The notes: generated by a model not told the origin, from the letters alone. 64,000 nt of DNA from Sphingobacteriia bacterium (GCA_947456855.1 CANGTR010000001.1:13318-77317), one strand, 5' to 3'; positions 1 through 10,757 are shown, numbered from the stretch's first letter. Program-made: numbers and translations.

Positions 1-2
1 TA

Positions 3-2129
3 TCGGATATTACAGTGTCTTCTACCAGCCGGAATAAATCAGCCAAAGCAGCCACTCTTGAAACGCCATTAAGTGTTCAAAAACTTACCACCGAAGAAAT
101 TAAATCGAACCCTGGAGGCAATTTTGATATTTCTAGGGTAATACAAGCCTTACCGGGTGTTGGTGGAACAGCTGCCACAGCAGGCTTTAGAAACGATATT
201 ATTATTAGAGGTGGTGCCCCCAATGAAAACGTGTATTATTTAGATGGAATCGAAATTCCCGTAATCAATCACTTTTCTACTCAAGGAAGTGCAGGAGGAC
301 CTGCAGGAATACTCAACGTGAGCTTTATTGAAGAAGTAAAACTAAGCTCATCGGCTTTTGATGCCCGTTACGACAATGCGCTCTCATCGGTTTTTGAATT
401 CAAACAGAAAAAAGGGAATAGCAATCAATTACAAGGAAATATTCGTTTAAGTGGAACGGAATTTGCCACTACTTTTGATGGCCCACTTTCTAAAGACAGA
501 AGAACTACTTTTTTAGCTTCGGCTAGAAGAAGCTATTTGCAATTATTATTCCAAGCAATTGATTTACCAATCAGACCAAACTATTGGGATTTTCAATATA
601 AAATTAGTCATCAAATCAATAAAAAAACATCCATCACTTTCTTGGGTGTTGCTGCAATAGATGAATTTAGTTTTGCAGCGCCCAAAGAAGCTACACCAGA
701 AAAATTGTATGCACTCAACAGCAACCCATCAATCAACCAATGGAATTATACAGTTGGAGCAAGCATCAAGCATTTATTGAACAATGGTTACTGGAATTTG
801 GCTATTAGCAGAAACGAATTCGACAACCAATTGGAAAAATATGAAAACAATTTAGGGCCAGTTAAAGGATTAAGAACATTGTATTTTCAATCTCGTGAAA
901 CCGAAAACAAACTTCGTTTTGATGTTAATAAAACCTATGCTGGGTGGAAAATAAGTTATGGTGGGGTTGCCCAATTGGTCTCTCAAACCAATACTACTCA
1001 ACAAATAATTAAAGCAGCAGTAACCAATAATAGTGGCAATATTATTATTCCTGCAGTTGTAAATAATTTTGCTGGTTCAATCAGCATGGGACGTTTCGGT
1101 GCTTTCACTCAAATTGGAAAGCGATTTATGAATAATCAATTAGGCATTAGTGGAGGTTTAAGATTCGACCAAAATACCTTTACAACAACTGGCATGAATC
1201 CATTAAAAACCTTGTCTCCTCGAATTGCATTAAGCTATGTACTAACAGATAAATGGACAGTTAACGCTTCAGTAGGATCCTATTACAAAATTCTCCCTTA
1301 TACAGCTTTAGGTTTTAAAGACAATGCCGGCAATTATGTAAACAAAGATGGCGATTATACCCGCAGCACACATTATGTTGCAGGAGTAGAATTCCTTCCT
1401 TCAAGTGCCACAAGGTTTACATTTGAAACTTTTTACAAAGGCTACAACAATGTACCTATAAGTGTAAGAAATGGTATCAGCTTATCCAATCAAGGAGCAG
1501 ATTTTAACGTACTTGGAAATGAAGATATAAATACGAATGGCAGAGGAAGGGCTTATGGCTTTGAATTTTTTGCTCAACAGAAATTAAGTAAAAGGTTCTT
1601 TGGAGTTTTAAGCTATACTTACTTCAATAGCCAATACACCAATGCCAATTTAAACTATACAGCAAGTTCATGGGACAATCGCCATTTATTGTCATTATTG
1701 GGTGGTTATAAATTCAATCGTAATTGGGAATTGGGATTGAAATTTCGATTTCAAGGTGGAGTTCCTTTCACCCCTTATGATATGCTAGCAAGTAGAACCA
1801 ACTATTTAACTTTAGGAACTGGCGTATTAGACTTTTCTCAAATCAATAATCAACGCTTGAATAACTTTAATAGCAGTGATATCCGCATTGATAAAAAATG
1901 GTATTTCAAAAAAATAACTTTGGATTTTTTCATTGATGTACAAAACTGGTACATGGCGAGAAGTACTGCTCCAGACATTTATACGTTTAAAAGAACAGAC
2001 GACAATACTGCTTTCCAAACAACCAATGGTCTTCCGATTCAACAGAATGGAAGCAACGCAATACCATTTTTATTAAATAATACGGATAATAATTTCACAC
2101 CAACCTTGGGCTTTATTATTGAGTTTTAA
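3..2129 (+). CDS. TonB-dependent outer membrane receptor (5' truncated by window)
   Basis: Plug motifs (GGNFDISRVIQALPGV, IIIRGGAPNENVYYLDGIEIP), beta-barrel and C-terminal aromatic residue (IIEF); frame is open back to position 3. Confidence 0.9.
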   Translation, partial: SDITVSSTSRNKSAKAATLETPLSVQKLTTEEIKSNPGGNFDISRVIQALPGVGGTAATAGFRNDIIIRGGAPNENVYYLDGIEIPVINHFSTQGSAGGPAGILNVSFIEEVKLSSSAFDARYDNALSSVFEFKQKKGNSNQLQGNIRLSGTEFATTFDGPLSKDRRTTFLASARRSYLQLLFQAIDLPIRPNYWDFQYKISHQINKKTSITFLGVAAIDEFSFAAPKEATPEKLYALNSNPSINQWNYTVGASIKHLLNNGYWNLAISRNEFDNQLEKYENNLGPVKGLRTLYFQSRETENKLRFDVNKTYAGWKISYGGVAQLVSQTNTTQQIIKAAVTNNSGNIIIPAVVNNFAGSISMGRFGAFTQIGKRFMNNQLGISGGLRFDQNTFTTTGMNPLKTLSPRIALSYVLTDKWTVNASVGSYYKILPYTALGFKDNAGNYVNKDGDYTRSTHYVAGVEFLPSSATRFTFETFYKGYNNVPISVRNGISLSNQGADFNVLGNEDINTNGRGRAYGFEFFAQQKLSKRFFGVLSYTYFNSQYTNANLNYTASSWDNRHLLSLLGGYKFNRNWELGLKFRFQGGVPFTPYDMLASRTNYLTLGTGVLDFSQINNQRLNNFNSSDIRIDKKWYFKKITLDFFIDVQNWYMARSTAPDIYTFKRTDDNTAFQTTNGLPIQQNGSNAIPFLLNNTDNNFTPTLGFIIEF

Positions 2130-2998
2130 TTTCGTTTACCAATAACTACCCTTGCCATTTGTAAAATAACGGACAACAAAATCAATCCAACTCCATAATA
2201 AAAGCTAGCATCTAATTGTTCATTTTCATGAAATAATAAGAAAGCCAATGTTATTGCATATACTGGCTCTAAGTTTAAACTTAGGTTTTGTGTAAATGCA
2301 GAAACCTTTTGCAATGCTTCTAGCATTAGCTTCATTGCTACAATGGTACAAACCCAACTTAAAACAAGTAACCAACCCCAATCTGACAGACTGGGCAGAA
2401 GAGATTTGGCAGGAAAAAAATACAAATAAATTGGCATCAATAAGGTCAAGAGCAATAAGCCTCCACTTAATTCATACAACATGATTACTTGTGGAGTAGT
2501 TATGGCAATATTTTTTTTATTCAGCACAGAAAATAAAGCTGCCAATGCTGCAGAAATCACCCCAACTAGAATACCAGTTTGATATCGAGCATCGAAATGG
2601 AAAATCAAGTAAATACCAGCAAGACTTAATAAGCCCAACAAAACTTCTACCCATCGTATTTTCTTAGTAATAATCAATGGCTCTAGCAAAGAGGTAAATA
2701 AACCAGTTGCAGAAAAGCAAACCAATCCGATTGAAACATTAGACAGTTTGATGCTTCCGTAAAAACAGACCCAATGCAATGCTATAATTGCTCCGAAGAA
2801 AAATAATTTGATGATAGTTGCTTTTGGCAGTAAAGTCAATTTTCCTGAAAAAAATAAAAGAACAAGTAAACTAATAACAGTAATAAAGATTCGGTACCAA
2901 ACCAACAACATTTCGTTAAGACTAATCAATACACCCAAAATTCCCGTAAAGCCCACTAAGATTACGGCAATATGCAGCTTGATTAAGGCAGATTTCAT
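2126..2998 (-). CDS. DMT/EamA family transporter
   Basis: About 10 hydrophobic helices in two EamA repeats; LEPL and NLEPVYAITLAFL motifs. Confidence 0.9.
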   Translation of the reverse strand: MKSALIKLHIAVILVGFTGILGVLISLNEMLLVWYRIFITVISLLVLLFFSGKLTLLPKATIIKLFFFGAIIALHWVCFYGSIKLSNVSIGLVCFSATGLFTSLLEPLIITKKIRWVEVLLGLLSLAGIYLIFHFDARYQTGILVGVISAALAALFSVLNKKNIAITTPQVIMLYELSGGLLLLTLLMPIYLYFFPAKSLLPSLSDWGWLLVLSWVCTIVAMKLMLEALQKVSAFTQNLSLNLEPVYAITLAFLLFHENEQLDASFYYGVGLILLSVILQMARVVIGKRN

Positions 2999-3140
2999 GC
3001 AGCTAAACTACTGATTCTTTTCGGGCTGTTGCTGTTGGTATTGAATATATTTTGAGGCGAGTAACTGAAATTTAAGATTTCATAAAATGATTCAAAATCT
3101 AAGCAGTTTTATATATATTTATCCATATTATCTGATACCA

Positions 3141-3911
3141 ATGGAACCAATTATAGAACTCAAAGGAGTATTTAAAAACTACGGAGAAAAGCCAGTACTT
3201 AAAGGAATCAATCTCTCGATTGATGCAGGGCAAGTAATAGGTTATATCGGGCCAAATGGAGCTGGCAAAAGCACCACTGTAAAAATACTATGTGGCTTGA
3301 TTTCAGACTATGATGGAAAAGTAACAGTAGCAGGTATCGATTTAAAAGAAGATCCTGTTGCAGTAAAACGCAAAATAGGTTATGTTCCAGAATTAGCCGA
3401 GCTATACGATGTACTTACCCCTGTTGAATTCTTAGGATTGATGGCAGAATTATACGATATTCCGAAAATAGTGGCAACGGAAAGAATTCATAAAATGCTT
3501 ACTGCATTTGGGTTGGAAGCCAATATGAACAATCGAATGGACACCTTCAGCAAGGGTATGAAGCAAAAAGTATTGATAACTTCTGGCCTATTGCACAATC
3601 CCGATATCATTATTTTAGATGAACCATTGAGCGGCCTGGATGCCAATAGCGTAATTATAGTAAAAGACCTTATTAGTAAACTAGCAAAAGATGGGAAAAC
3701 CATTTTTTATTGCAGCCATATGATGGATGTGGTAGAAAAAGTAAGTGATCGAATTATTTTAATTAATGAAGGACAAGTAATTGCTGATGGAAGCTTTACA
3801 GAATTACAAGCACAGCAGGGCAATGAAAGTTTAGAGAAAATTTTTGCGCATTTAACTGCAACATCTTCTTTAGGCGAAGCTGCAAATGATTTAATGAAAG
3901 CATTCGATTAA
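3141..3911 (+). CDS. ABC transporter ATP-binding protein
   Basis: Walker A GPNGAGKST, signature FSKGMKQ, Walker B IIILDEP; ATG 3141 (MEPIIELK) preferred over track start 3087. Confidence 0.95.
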   Translation: MEPIIELKGVFKNYGEKPVLKGINLSIDAGQVIGYIGPNGAGKSTTVKILCGLISDYDGKVTVAGIDLKEDPVAVKRKIGYVPELAELYDVLTPVEFLGLMAELYDIPKIVATERIHKMLTAFGLEANMNNRMDTFSKGMKQKVLITSGLLHNPDIIILDEPLSGLDANSVIIVKDLISKLAKDGKTIFYCSHMMDVVEKVSDRIILINEGQVIADGSFTELQAQQGNESLEKIFAHLTATSSLGEAANDLMKAFD

Positions 3912-3920
3912 ATTCCCCCC

Positions 3921-5630
3921 ATGTTTATTAATAACTTTTTTCTCTTTTTATTACTATTACCCAAATCTATCTATGAAAAGATGGGGGTAAATACCCATCA
4001 TTTAAAAGCCATTTTAACAACCAAGTTAATGATGGACGAAAGAAGACCGCCAAGTATTCAACAAAGACAGAAAAAAAAGAACGCCAAACCCATTAAATGG
4101 GCAACGCTTGGCACCATGATCATGAGTGCTTTACTAGGTTTATTTTTTATCATTTCCTTTTTTATTTCAAATGATACAGTTACACAGTTTTTTTTATTTT
4201 TTACCTTCTTTATTTTCTTATTAGCTTCTACGCTCATCACAGACTTTACCAATGTATTAATTGATATTCGAGACAATGCCATCATACTTCCAAAGCCCAT
4301 CAACGATAAAACATTCTTACTAGCGCGTTTATTTCATATTATCATCCATGTTTCTAAATTGGTATTGCCAATGACTTTACCTAGTTTAATTACAGTAGGA
4401 ATTAAATATGGAAGCTGGGGTGTTGTAACATTGATTTTATTGATTCCGCCAGTTACCCTTTTCACTATTTTTCTAATCAATGCTTTATACATATTGATTC
4501 TAAAAGTATCTACCCCTGAAAAATTCAAAAACATCATTAGTTATTTTCAAATAGTTTTTGCCATTGTTATATATGGAAGTTATCAGATTGTTCCAAGAAT
4601 GATCAATATGTCGGTATTGGAAAATTATCGTTTCCCTCAGACCAGTATTTCTTTACTTGCCCCACCGTTTTGGTTTGCAGGAAGTTGGGAGTTTCTATAT
4701 CACCACAATTATTCCATTATCATTATTTGTGCATTTATATTAAGCATAATTATGCCTGCATTATCTATATGGATAGTGATTAAATATTTTGCTCCTTCAT
4801 TTAACCAAAAGCTGGCTATGATTTCGGGAAGCGATACAGCAGAAAGCGTCAATCAATCAAAAGCAATTGCCTCCAGTACTAAGAAAACATTTGCCGAAAT
4901 TCTTGCCAATCTATTTACCAAAAAAGGAGCCGAAAGAATGGGGTTTTTACATGCTTGGTATATCACTGCAAGAAGCAGGGATTTTAAAATGAGGGTCTAC
5001 CCTGCCATTGGCTATTTATTGGTTTATATGGTTATTATGATTCTTCGGTCGAGAAAAGACATGCTCCAGGAATTACAAAATCAAACCACGTCGGGAAAGT
5101 TTTTATTTTTAGGGGGGATTTATTTTATCAGCTTTGTTATCATGCAAGCACTATCGCAAATTAAATATTCTGATAAATACAAAGCATCATTCTTATTTTA
5201 CACAACACCTATTTCAGTTCCAGGACAAGTAATCAGTGGTGCTGTTAAATCTTCCATTATTAAATTTTATTTGCCATTAGCAGTTTTGATATCTTTATTT
5301 GGCATACTATTCATGGGTATCCAAATTTTGCCCAACTTGTTATTAGGCATGAGTAATCAATTGTGCATTTGCTTTTTAATTGCCTATGTTGGTTTTGTAG
5401 AAATGCCATTTAGTAGAACAGAATCCATAACAGTTAAGTCGGGAGGTTTTATCAGAGGATTGATAAGTATGTTGATTCCTTTTATTCTAGCTACAGTTCA
5501 CTATTTGATCTTTGACTATACTGTTGCCGTATTAATTTTATTGGCACTTTCTATGATTGCTGTGTGGTTGGTTGCGGGTAGCGTGTATAATAAAAACTGG
5601 ACAGACCTGAAAGTGGGCTATCAAGATTAA
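3921..5630 (+). CDS. ABC exporter permease (multi-pass membrane protein)
   Basis: 569 aa with two bundles of TM helices, 9 bp downstream of the ABC ATPase. Confidence 0.75.
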   Translation: MFINNFFLFLLLLPKSIYEKMGVNTHHLKAILTTKLMMDERRPPSIQQRQKKKNAKPIKWATLGTMIMSALLGLFFIISFFISNDTVTQFFLFFTFFIFLLASTLITDFTNVLIDIRDNAIILPKPINDKTFLLARLFHIIIHVSKLVLPMTLPSLITVGIKYGSWGVVTLILLIPPVTLFTIFLINALYILILKVSTPEKFKNIISYFQIVFAIVIYGSYQIVPRMINMSVLENYRFPQTSISLLAPPFWFAGSWEFLYHHNYSIIIICAFILSIIMPALSIWIVIKYFAPSFNQKLAMISGSDTAESVNQSKAIASSTKKTFAEILANLFTKKGAERMGFLHAWYITARSRDFKMRVYPAIGYLLVYMVIMILRSRKDMLQELQNQTTSGKFLFLGGIYFISFVIMQALSQIKYSDKYKASFLFYTTPISVPGQVISGAVKSSIIKFYLPLAVLISLFGILFMGIQILPNLLLGMSNQLCICFLIAYVGFVEMPFSRTESITVKSGGFIRGLISMLIPFILATVHYLIFDYTVAVLILLALSMIAVWLVAGSVYNKNWTDLKVGYQD

Positions 5631-6376
5631 GCTTCACAACTTTTAACTTGATTGCGATAATTTTGAAATAGGCTTTTCCATTGAATTTTAATTACACCTA
5701 ATACGCCTTCTTTGATAATGCCTTTGCTCATTTTACTCACTCCAATTTTTCTATCCCTAAAAATAATGGGCACTTCTTTAATTGTAAAACCCAATTTCCA
5801 AGCAGCAAATTTCATTTCAATTTGAAAAGCATATCCTACAAATGAAATCATATCAAAATTAATAGCTTCTAAAACAGCTCTTGTATAACATACAAAACCA
5901 GCTGTTGGGTCTTGAATGGGCATCCAAGTAAGCAATTTTGTATAAATAGCTCCACCTCGAGAATACAATTGACGATCAAGTGGCCAGTTTTCAGTTTGCC
6001 CACCTTTTACATACCTGCTACCAATAGACATATCTGCTCCATCGATTTTACAAGCATTGTATAAGTGCTCTAAATCATTGGGATCGTGGGAAAAGTCTGC
6101 ATCCATTTCAAAAATAAATTGATACCCTTTTTGTAAACTCCATTTAAAACCATGAATATAAGCAGTACCCAATCCTAATTTTCCAGAACGTTCCTCCAAA
6201 AACAATTGATCAGGAAATTGATGCATCAATGCTTTTACCAAATTAGCAGTTCCATCAGGTGATCCGTCATCAATTACTAAAATATGATAACCCTTATTCA
6301 AATTAAAAACAGCTTGAATAATAGCTACTATATTTTCGCTCTCATTAAATGTTGGTATGATGACTATTTTTTCCAA
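5627..6376 (-). CDS. Polyprenol monophosphomannose synthase (GT2, Dpm1-like)
   Basis: IIPTFNE, VIDDGSPDGT, FEMDADFSHDP, YAFQIEM motifs; likely TTG start at 6376. Confidence 0.9.
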   Translation of the reverse strand: MEKIVIIPTFNESENIVAIIQAVFNLNKGYHILVIDDGSPDGTANLVKALMHQFPDQLFLEERSGKLGLGTAYIHGFKWSLQKGYQFIFEMDADFSHDPNDLEHLYNACKIDGADMSIGSRYVKGGQTENWPLDRQLYSRGGAIYTKLLTWMPIQDPTAGFVCYTRAVLEAINFDMISFVGYAFQIEMKFAAWKLGFTIKEVPIIFRDRKIGVSKMSKGIIKEGVLGVIKIQWKSLFQNYRNQVKSCEA

Positions 6377-6502
6377 AAAATTGAAATAAATTAATTGAAG
6401 GTACAATAATGATCAATGAAATGGGCTATTTGAATGAATCTTAACTAAAAATATTGATTTTTTAATTCGCAATCGATTGCAGAAAAAGGATGAACGGGTG
6501 AA

Positions 6503-7273
6503 CTATTGCTTATTAATTAAAGCACGATTCAGCATTTCTGTTAATTTTTGCTTGGTATTCATTGGAAAATCTCCTTTCATCATCCAATCGTAGTATTGTG
6601 GCTCTTCTTTTAGCACTTGAGTAACAGGTTTACCCTTGTGCTTGCCAAAATTAAAAATTTCAATGCCGTTTTCTTTAACGAATCTGCGTGCAAAATCTAC
6701 TATATCATCTTCTCCAGTAAACTTAACTATTTGTTCTACTGAATTTCCAATTTGAGGGTATCGTTCTATTTGAGCTTCCAATACTTCCCAAGTTGCTGTT
6801 GCATCTACTTCAGCACCATGAGCTCCTTCTAATATTTTATTGCAATAAAATTTATAGGCTGCACTAAGGGTTCGTTGTTCCATCATGTGAAATACTTTTT
6901 GAACATCTACCAATTTTCTTTCGTCGGTAGAAAATTCAATCCCTGCTCTTAAAAATTCTTCGATTAACATGGGAATATCAAAACGATTGCTATTGTACCC
7001 GCCCAAATCGCAATTATCCATGAACTGTTTAATCTCATTGGCAATTTGCTTAAAACTTGGCGCGTCTTTTACCATTTCATCAGTAATTCCATGCACTTCA
7101 CTTGATCCTGGAGGAATTGGCATCTGAGGATTAACGAGTTTACGTTTAACTGTTTTGGTTCCATCTATTGCAATTCTAACAATGGCAATTTCCACAATTC
7201 GATCTATGCTGACATTAACTCCAGTTGTTTCTAAATCAATAAATGCGATGGGTTTGGTTAATTGTAAATTCAT
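6503..7273 (-). CDS. DEDDh 3'-5' exonuclease (DNA polymerase III epsilon-like)
   Basis: ExoI IAFIDLETTG, ExoII YNSNRFD, ExoIII HGAEVD; C-terminal FNFGKHKG domain. Confidence 0.9.
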   Translation of the reverse strand: MNLQLTKPIAFIDLETTGVNVSIDRIVEIAIVRIAIDGTKTVKRKLVNPQMPIPPGSSEVHGITDEMVKDAPSFKQIANEIKQFMDNCDLGGYNSNRFDIPMLIEEFLRAGIEFSTDERKLVDVQKVFHMMEQRTLSAAYKFYCNKILEGAHGAEVDATATWEVLEAQIERYPQIGNSVEQIVKFTGEDDIVDFARRFVKENGIEIFNFGKHKGKPVTQVLKEEPQYYDWMMKGDFPMNTKQKLTEMLNRALINKQ

Positions 7274-7288
7274 TGTACCATTTAAAAA

Positions 7289-8650
7289 TTAAGGTTGTGT
7301 AATTGCTTTTGCAAACGAAAATATGTCTAATCCATCATAATTACCACTACTCATCAAGAGAATATTGGAATTACTGAAATCCTGTTCAGATAACCATTCT
7401 GCTAATTTTTTAGCATCATTAATTACAATCAATCCTTTTTTATCAAATCCATCAATTACTTTTTCAGCTGGCAAATCCGGCATCCTTTTTAATGCTAAAG
7501 CATGTTTGGAGTAAAAAACAACCCCAACATCTAATTGATCTAATGCACCTTTATATTGATCCATAAAATCAGCATTTAAACTGCTGTATGTATGCAATTC
7601 TAAAATGCCGAATAATTGTCTATCAGGATATTGCATTTTCACAGCATCCACAGTGGCTTTTACCTTACTTGGTGCGTGGGCAAAATCTCGGTACACATTG
7701 ATACTTGCATTGGAAGCGAGTAACTCCAAACGTTTTGATGCTCCAGTAAAATGATTCATCACCCTAACAAAATCGGTTGCCTGAATACCCAATTCCTTAC
7801 AAGCATAAAAAGCCGCTTGCATATTCATCAAATTATGATTGCCAAAAACATTCAATACTCCTTTCGCATCATTGATTGTTACTGTAGTAACTCCATTGTT
7901 TATTTCGTGACTTGGAACACCATAGGGCTGATACCTGATATCCAATCGTTTATGTTCGTTTACCAATTGATTGAGAACAGGATCTGTTTCATTATAAATT
8001 AGGATTCCTCCTTTCTCTATCCGATTCATAAAAATCACAAACTGTTCTAAGTAAAATTCGAAAGTGGGAAACACATTAATATGGTCCCAGGCAATACCTG
8101 TGAGTATAGCAACATGTGGATATAAAAAATGAAATTTGGGTTTTTTCTCAATGGCACTAGCAGGGTATTCATCGCCCTCACAAACAATGACTGGGGCATC
8201 GGATATATTTACAGATTGATCAAAACCATTCAATTTGGCTCCCACTAAATAGTCGAAGTTTTGATTCAATTCTTTAAGTGCATGCATGATCATACTGGTT
8301 GTAGTAGTTTTTCCATGACTACCGCCAACTACAATCCTTTTTTTCTGTTTACTTTCTTGATAAATATATTCAGGAAAACTATAGATAGCCAATCCTAACT
8401 CCTTGGCTTTCAGCAATTCAGGATTATCGTCTTTTGCATGCATTCCTAAAATAACTGCATCCAAATCGGGTCTAATCATGGCCGAATTCCAACCAATTTG
8501 GGCCGGCAAAAGCCCTTCTTTTGCCAGATTTCCGGCAGCTGGTTCAAATATTTCATCGTCGGTTCCTGAAACAGAATAGCCCTTTTTGTGTAAAGCAATA
8601 GCCAATTGATGCATTATGCTACCCCCTATTGAAATAAAATGAACTCGCAT
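7289..8650 (-). CDS. mpl: Murein peptide ligase (Mpl/MurC family)
   Basis: HFISIGGSIM, GSHGKTTT P-loop, CEGDEY, RDFAHAP and MSSGNY motifs. Confidence 0.85.
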   Translation of the reverse strand: MRVHFISIGGSIMHQLAIALHKKGYSVSGTDDEIFEPAAGNLAKEGLLPAQIGWNSAMIRPDLDAVILGMHAKDDNPELLKAKELGLAIYSFPEYIYQESKQKKRIVVGGSHGKTTTTSMIMHALKELNQNFDYLVGAKLNGFDQSVNISDAPVIVCEGDEYPASAIEKKPKFHFLYPHVAILTGIAWDHINVFPTFEFYLEQFVIFMNRIEKGGILIYNETDPVLNQLVNEHKRLDIRYQPYGVPSHEINNGVTTVTINDAKGVLNVFGNHNLMNMQAAFYACKELGIQATDFVRVMNHFTGASKRLELLASNASINVYRDFAHAPSKVKATVDAVKMQYPDRQLFGILELHTYSSLNADFMDQYKGALDQLDVGVVFYSKHALALKRMPDLPAEKVIDGFDKKGLIVINDAKKLAEWLSEQDFSNSNILLMSSGNYDGLDIFSFAKAITQP

Positions 8651-8722
8651 ACGTTATAGATTACTAGATAGATTATTAACATTTTCAATGATTTACAGGA
8701 AGCTGGATTTACCTTTAAAGCA

Positions 8723-8730
8723 TATATTTG
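8723..8730 (+). promoter_or_regulatory. Bacteroidota -7 box TATATTTG upstream of small lipoprotein ORF
   Basis: Exact TAnnTTTG match 44 nt before ATG 8775. Confidence 0.55.
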
Positions 8731-8774
8731 TTTAGATGCAAAATACACGCATATCCTACAAAAAATCAAATTGT

Positions 8775-8894
8775 ATGAAAAAGATTGTTTTATTCTTATT
8801 GATCACTGGTTTTGCAACAATGCTATTCAGTTCTTGTGCCTCAGAAAAAGGCAGAGGATGCCCCACTACCAACCCTCGTTATTTCAGGGGCTAA
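8775..8894 (+). CDS. Small lipoprotein, 39 aa (not in ORF track): MKKIVLFLLITGFATMLFSSCASEKGRGCPTTNPRYFRG
   Basis: Manual translation: MKK n-region, hydrophobic core, FSS-C lipobox at Cys21, own -7 box. Confidence 0.8.
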   Translation: MKKIVLFLLITGFATMLFSSCASEKGRGCPTTNPRYFRG

Positions 8895-8919
8895 ATTGCT
8901 AAGACTAATCTAAATGGAG

Positions 8920-8927
8920 TAATTTTG
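8920..8927 (+). promoter_or_regulatory. -7 box TAATTTTG for ytxJ
   Basis: Exact TAnnTTTG match 13 nt before ATG 8941. Confidence 0.55.
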
Positions 8928-8940
8928 TATAAATATTTAT

Positions 8941-9276
8941 ATGAATTGGATTCCACTTACATCCATCGAGCAATTGGATGTTATTAAAGCTAAATCTACT
9001 CTTAACCCACAAGTTATTTTTAAACACAGTACTCGTTGCAGCATAAGTTCAATGGCATTGAATAGATTGGAGAGAGAAAAAGCACCCGAACATGCCGATT
9101 TCTACTTTCTTGATTTAATACAACATCGCCAACTATCCAATGCGGTTGCAGAAGTATTTGATGTACACCACGAATCTCCTCAAATTCTTTTAATCAAGAA
9201 CAATACATGTGTTTATGACGAAAGTCACCAGGGAATTAATATGCAAGAATTAATAGAACAAGTTTCTTCTAATTAA
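8941..9276 (+). CDS. ytxJ: Bacillithiol system redox-active protein YtxJ family
   Basis: FKHSTRCSIS monothiol motif and VHHESPQILL. Confidence 0.9.
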   Translation: MNWIPLTSIEQLDVIKAKSTLNPQVIFKHSTRCSISSMALNRLEREKAPEHADFYFLDLIQHRQLSNAVAEVFDVHHESPQILLIKNNTCVYDESHQGINMQELIEQVSSN

Positions 9277-9285
9277 AGTATTAAG

Positions 9286-9924
9286 ATGCACATAACCGTA
9301 TTTGGAGCAACCGAACAAGTAGGCAAAAGAGTAGTACAACAAGCACTTAATCGAGGCTATACTGTAACTGCATTTGGCAGAAATGTAGATAGTTTAATTG
9401 ATGCAGATAACCGCAATGAAAAACTTATTGCACAAAAAGGGTATGTTTTTGACGCAAAAGATGTTTTCAATGCTTTAAATGGCGCAGATGCAGTGGTTTC
9501 TGTTTTAGGTGGAGCATTTGATGGTGCTGATAAAAGCAGAAGTTTAGGAATAAAAAACATTATCACTCAAATGGAAGCCAAAGGCATAAAGCGACTTATT
9601 GCATTAGGCGAATTAGGCATACTCAACGAAAATGAAGAAACCCTCTTGATTGATAGCGAAAACTATCCAGAAGAATACAAGCCCTTAGGAATGGAGCACT
9701 TGAAAGCTTTTGAATTTTTACAAGCATCCTCCCTGGATTGGACTTTTTATTGTCCATCCAATATAATTGATGCAGATGAAACAGGATTATTTATAACAAG
9801 TATCAATATTGCACCAGAACCCAATTCTTTTAAAATCAATGCAGGAGATCTAGCATTATCAATGTTGAATGCAATTGAGAAAAAGGAATTTATCAGAGAA
9901 AAAATAGGCATTGCTGGATTATGA
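9286..9924 (+). CDS. NAD(P)H-binding oxidoreductase (atypical SDR, biliverdin reductase B-like)
   Basis: N-terminal Rossmann VFGATEQVG (degenerate GxxGxxG), LDWTFYCP. Confidence 0.8.
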   Translation: MHITVFGATEQVGKRVVQQALNRGYTVTAFGRNVDSLIDADNRNEKLIAQKGYVFDAKDVFNALNGADAVVSVLGGAFDGADKSRSLGIKNIITQMEAKGIKRLIALGELGILNENEETLLIDSENYPEEYKPLGMEHLKAFEFLQASSLDWTFYCPSNIIDADETGLFITSINIAPEPNSFKINAGDLALSMLNAIEKKEFIREKIGIAGL

Positions 9925-9938
9925 GATGAGAGAGATAA
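9925..9938 (+). repeat. Short heptamer tract (GATGAGA GAGATAA) right after stop codon
   Basis: Only two units; same family as the longer tracts. Confidence 0.35.
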
Positions 9939-9959
9939 GCTAAAAAATGTAAGAATAAA

Positions 9960-10757
9960 ATGATGGTAGAAATTTTTGGATATTGCGTTGCACTGTTAAT
10001 TGGTCTTTCTTTGGGATTGATTGGCGGAGGCGGCTCTATTTTAACCATCCCTGTGTTGGTTTACTTATTTAAAATGGATCCATTAGACGCTACAGGATAT
10101 TCATTGTTTATTGTTGGTGTAAGCAGTTTATTGGGAGCATATATGAAATTTCGAAAAAACGAAATTGATATAAAAGCAGCCGGCTATTTCGGTATTACTT
10201 CTATAATAACAGTGGTGTTGGTTAGAAAATATTTATTACCTGCAATCCCAATCCATTTGTTTAACATAGGAAATTTTGAATTTACGAAATCAATCGCAAC
10301 CCTTTTATTGTTTGCGTTTGTAATGATAATTGCTTCTATCAATATGATCAACAGAAAGGCAAATCAATCAATTGAACCCAAAAAACTCAATGCGAATGCG
10401 GCACTTATAAGAGGGATTGAAGTTGGGGTTCTGACTGGATTTATAGGCGCTGGAGGGGGATTTGTAATTATTCCAGTTTTATTATTCTCCTTTCAATTAC
10501 CTATGAAAAAAGCCATTGGCACTTCTTTATTAATCATTGCCGCTAATTCTTTATTTGGGTTTGCCGGCGATCTATTCATCAATCATTTTGAATGGCCCTT
10601 GCTTTTGTTGATTACTTTTATTAGTTGCATTGGTATATTAATCGGAAATAAATTGAGCAATACCATTTCAGGAAATAAATTGAAACGCGGATTCGGTTTT
10701 TTCGTACTTTCAGTAGGTTGTTTTATTATCATTCATGAAATCATCAAATTATTTTAA
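9960..10757 (+). CDS. Sulfite exporter TauE/SafE family
   Basis: LGLIGGGGSILTIP and GFIGAGGGFVIIP repeats, KKAIGTSL. Confidence 0.92.
   Translation: MMVEIFGYCVALLIGLSLGLIGGGGSILTIPVLVYLFKMDPLDATGYSLFIVGVSSLLGAYMKFRKNEIDIKAAGYFGITSIITVVLVRKYLLPAIPIHLFNIGNFEFTKSIATLLLFAFVMIIASINMINRKANQSIEPKKLNANAALIRGIEVGVLTGFIGAGGGFVIIPVLLFSFQLPMKKAIGTSLLIIAANSLFGFAGDLFINHFEWPLLLLITFISCIGILIGNKLSNTISGNKLKRGFGFFVLSVGCFIIIHEIIKLF

Noticed and set aside
2999-3086. Possible leader peptide upstream of the EamA transporter
   Set aside because: An open frame ends in an ATGA overlap but has no ATG, GTG or TTG start.
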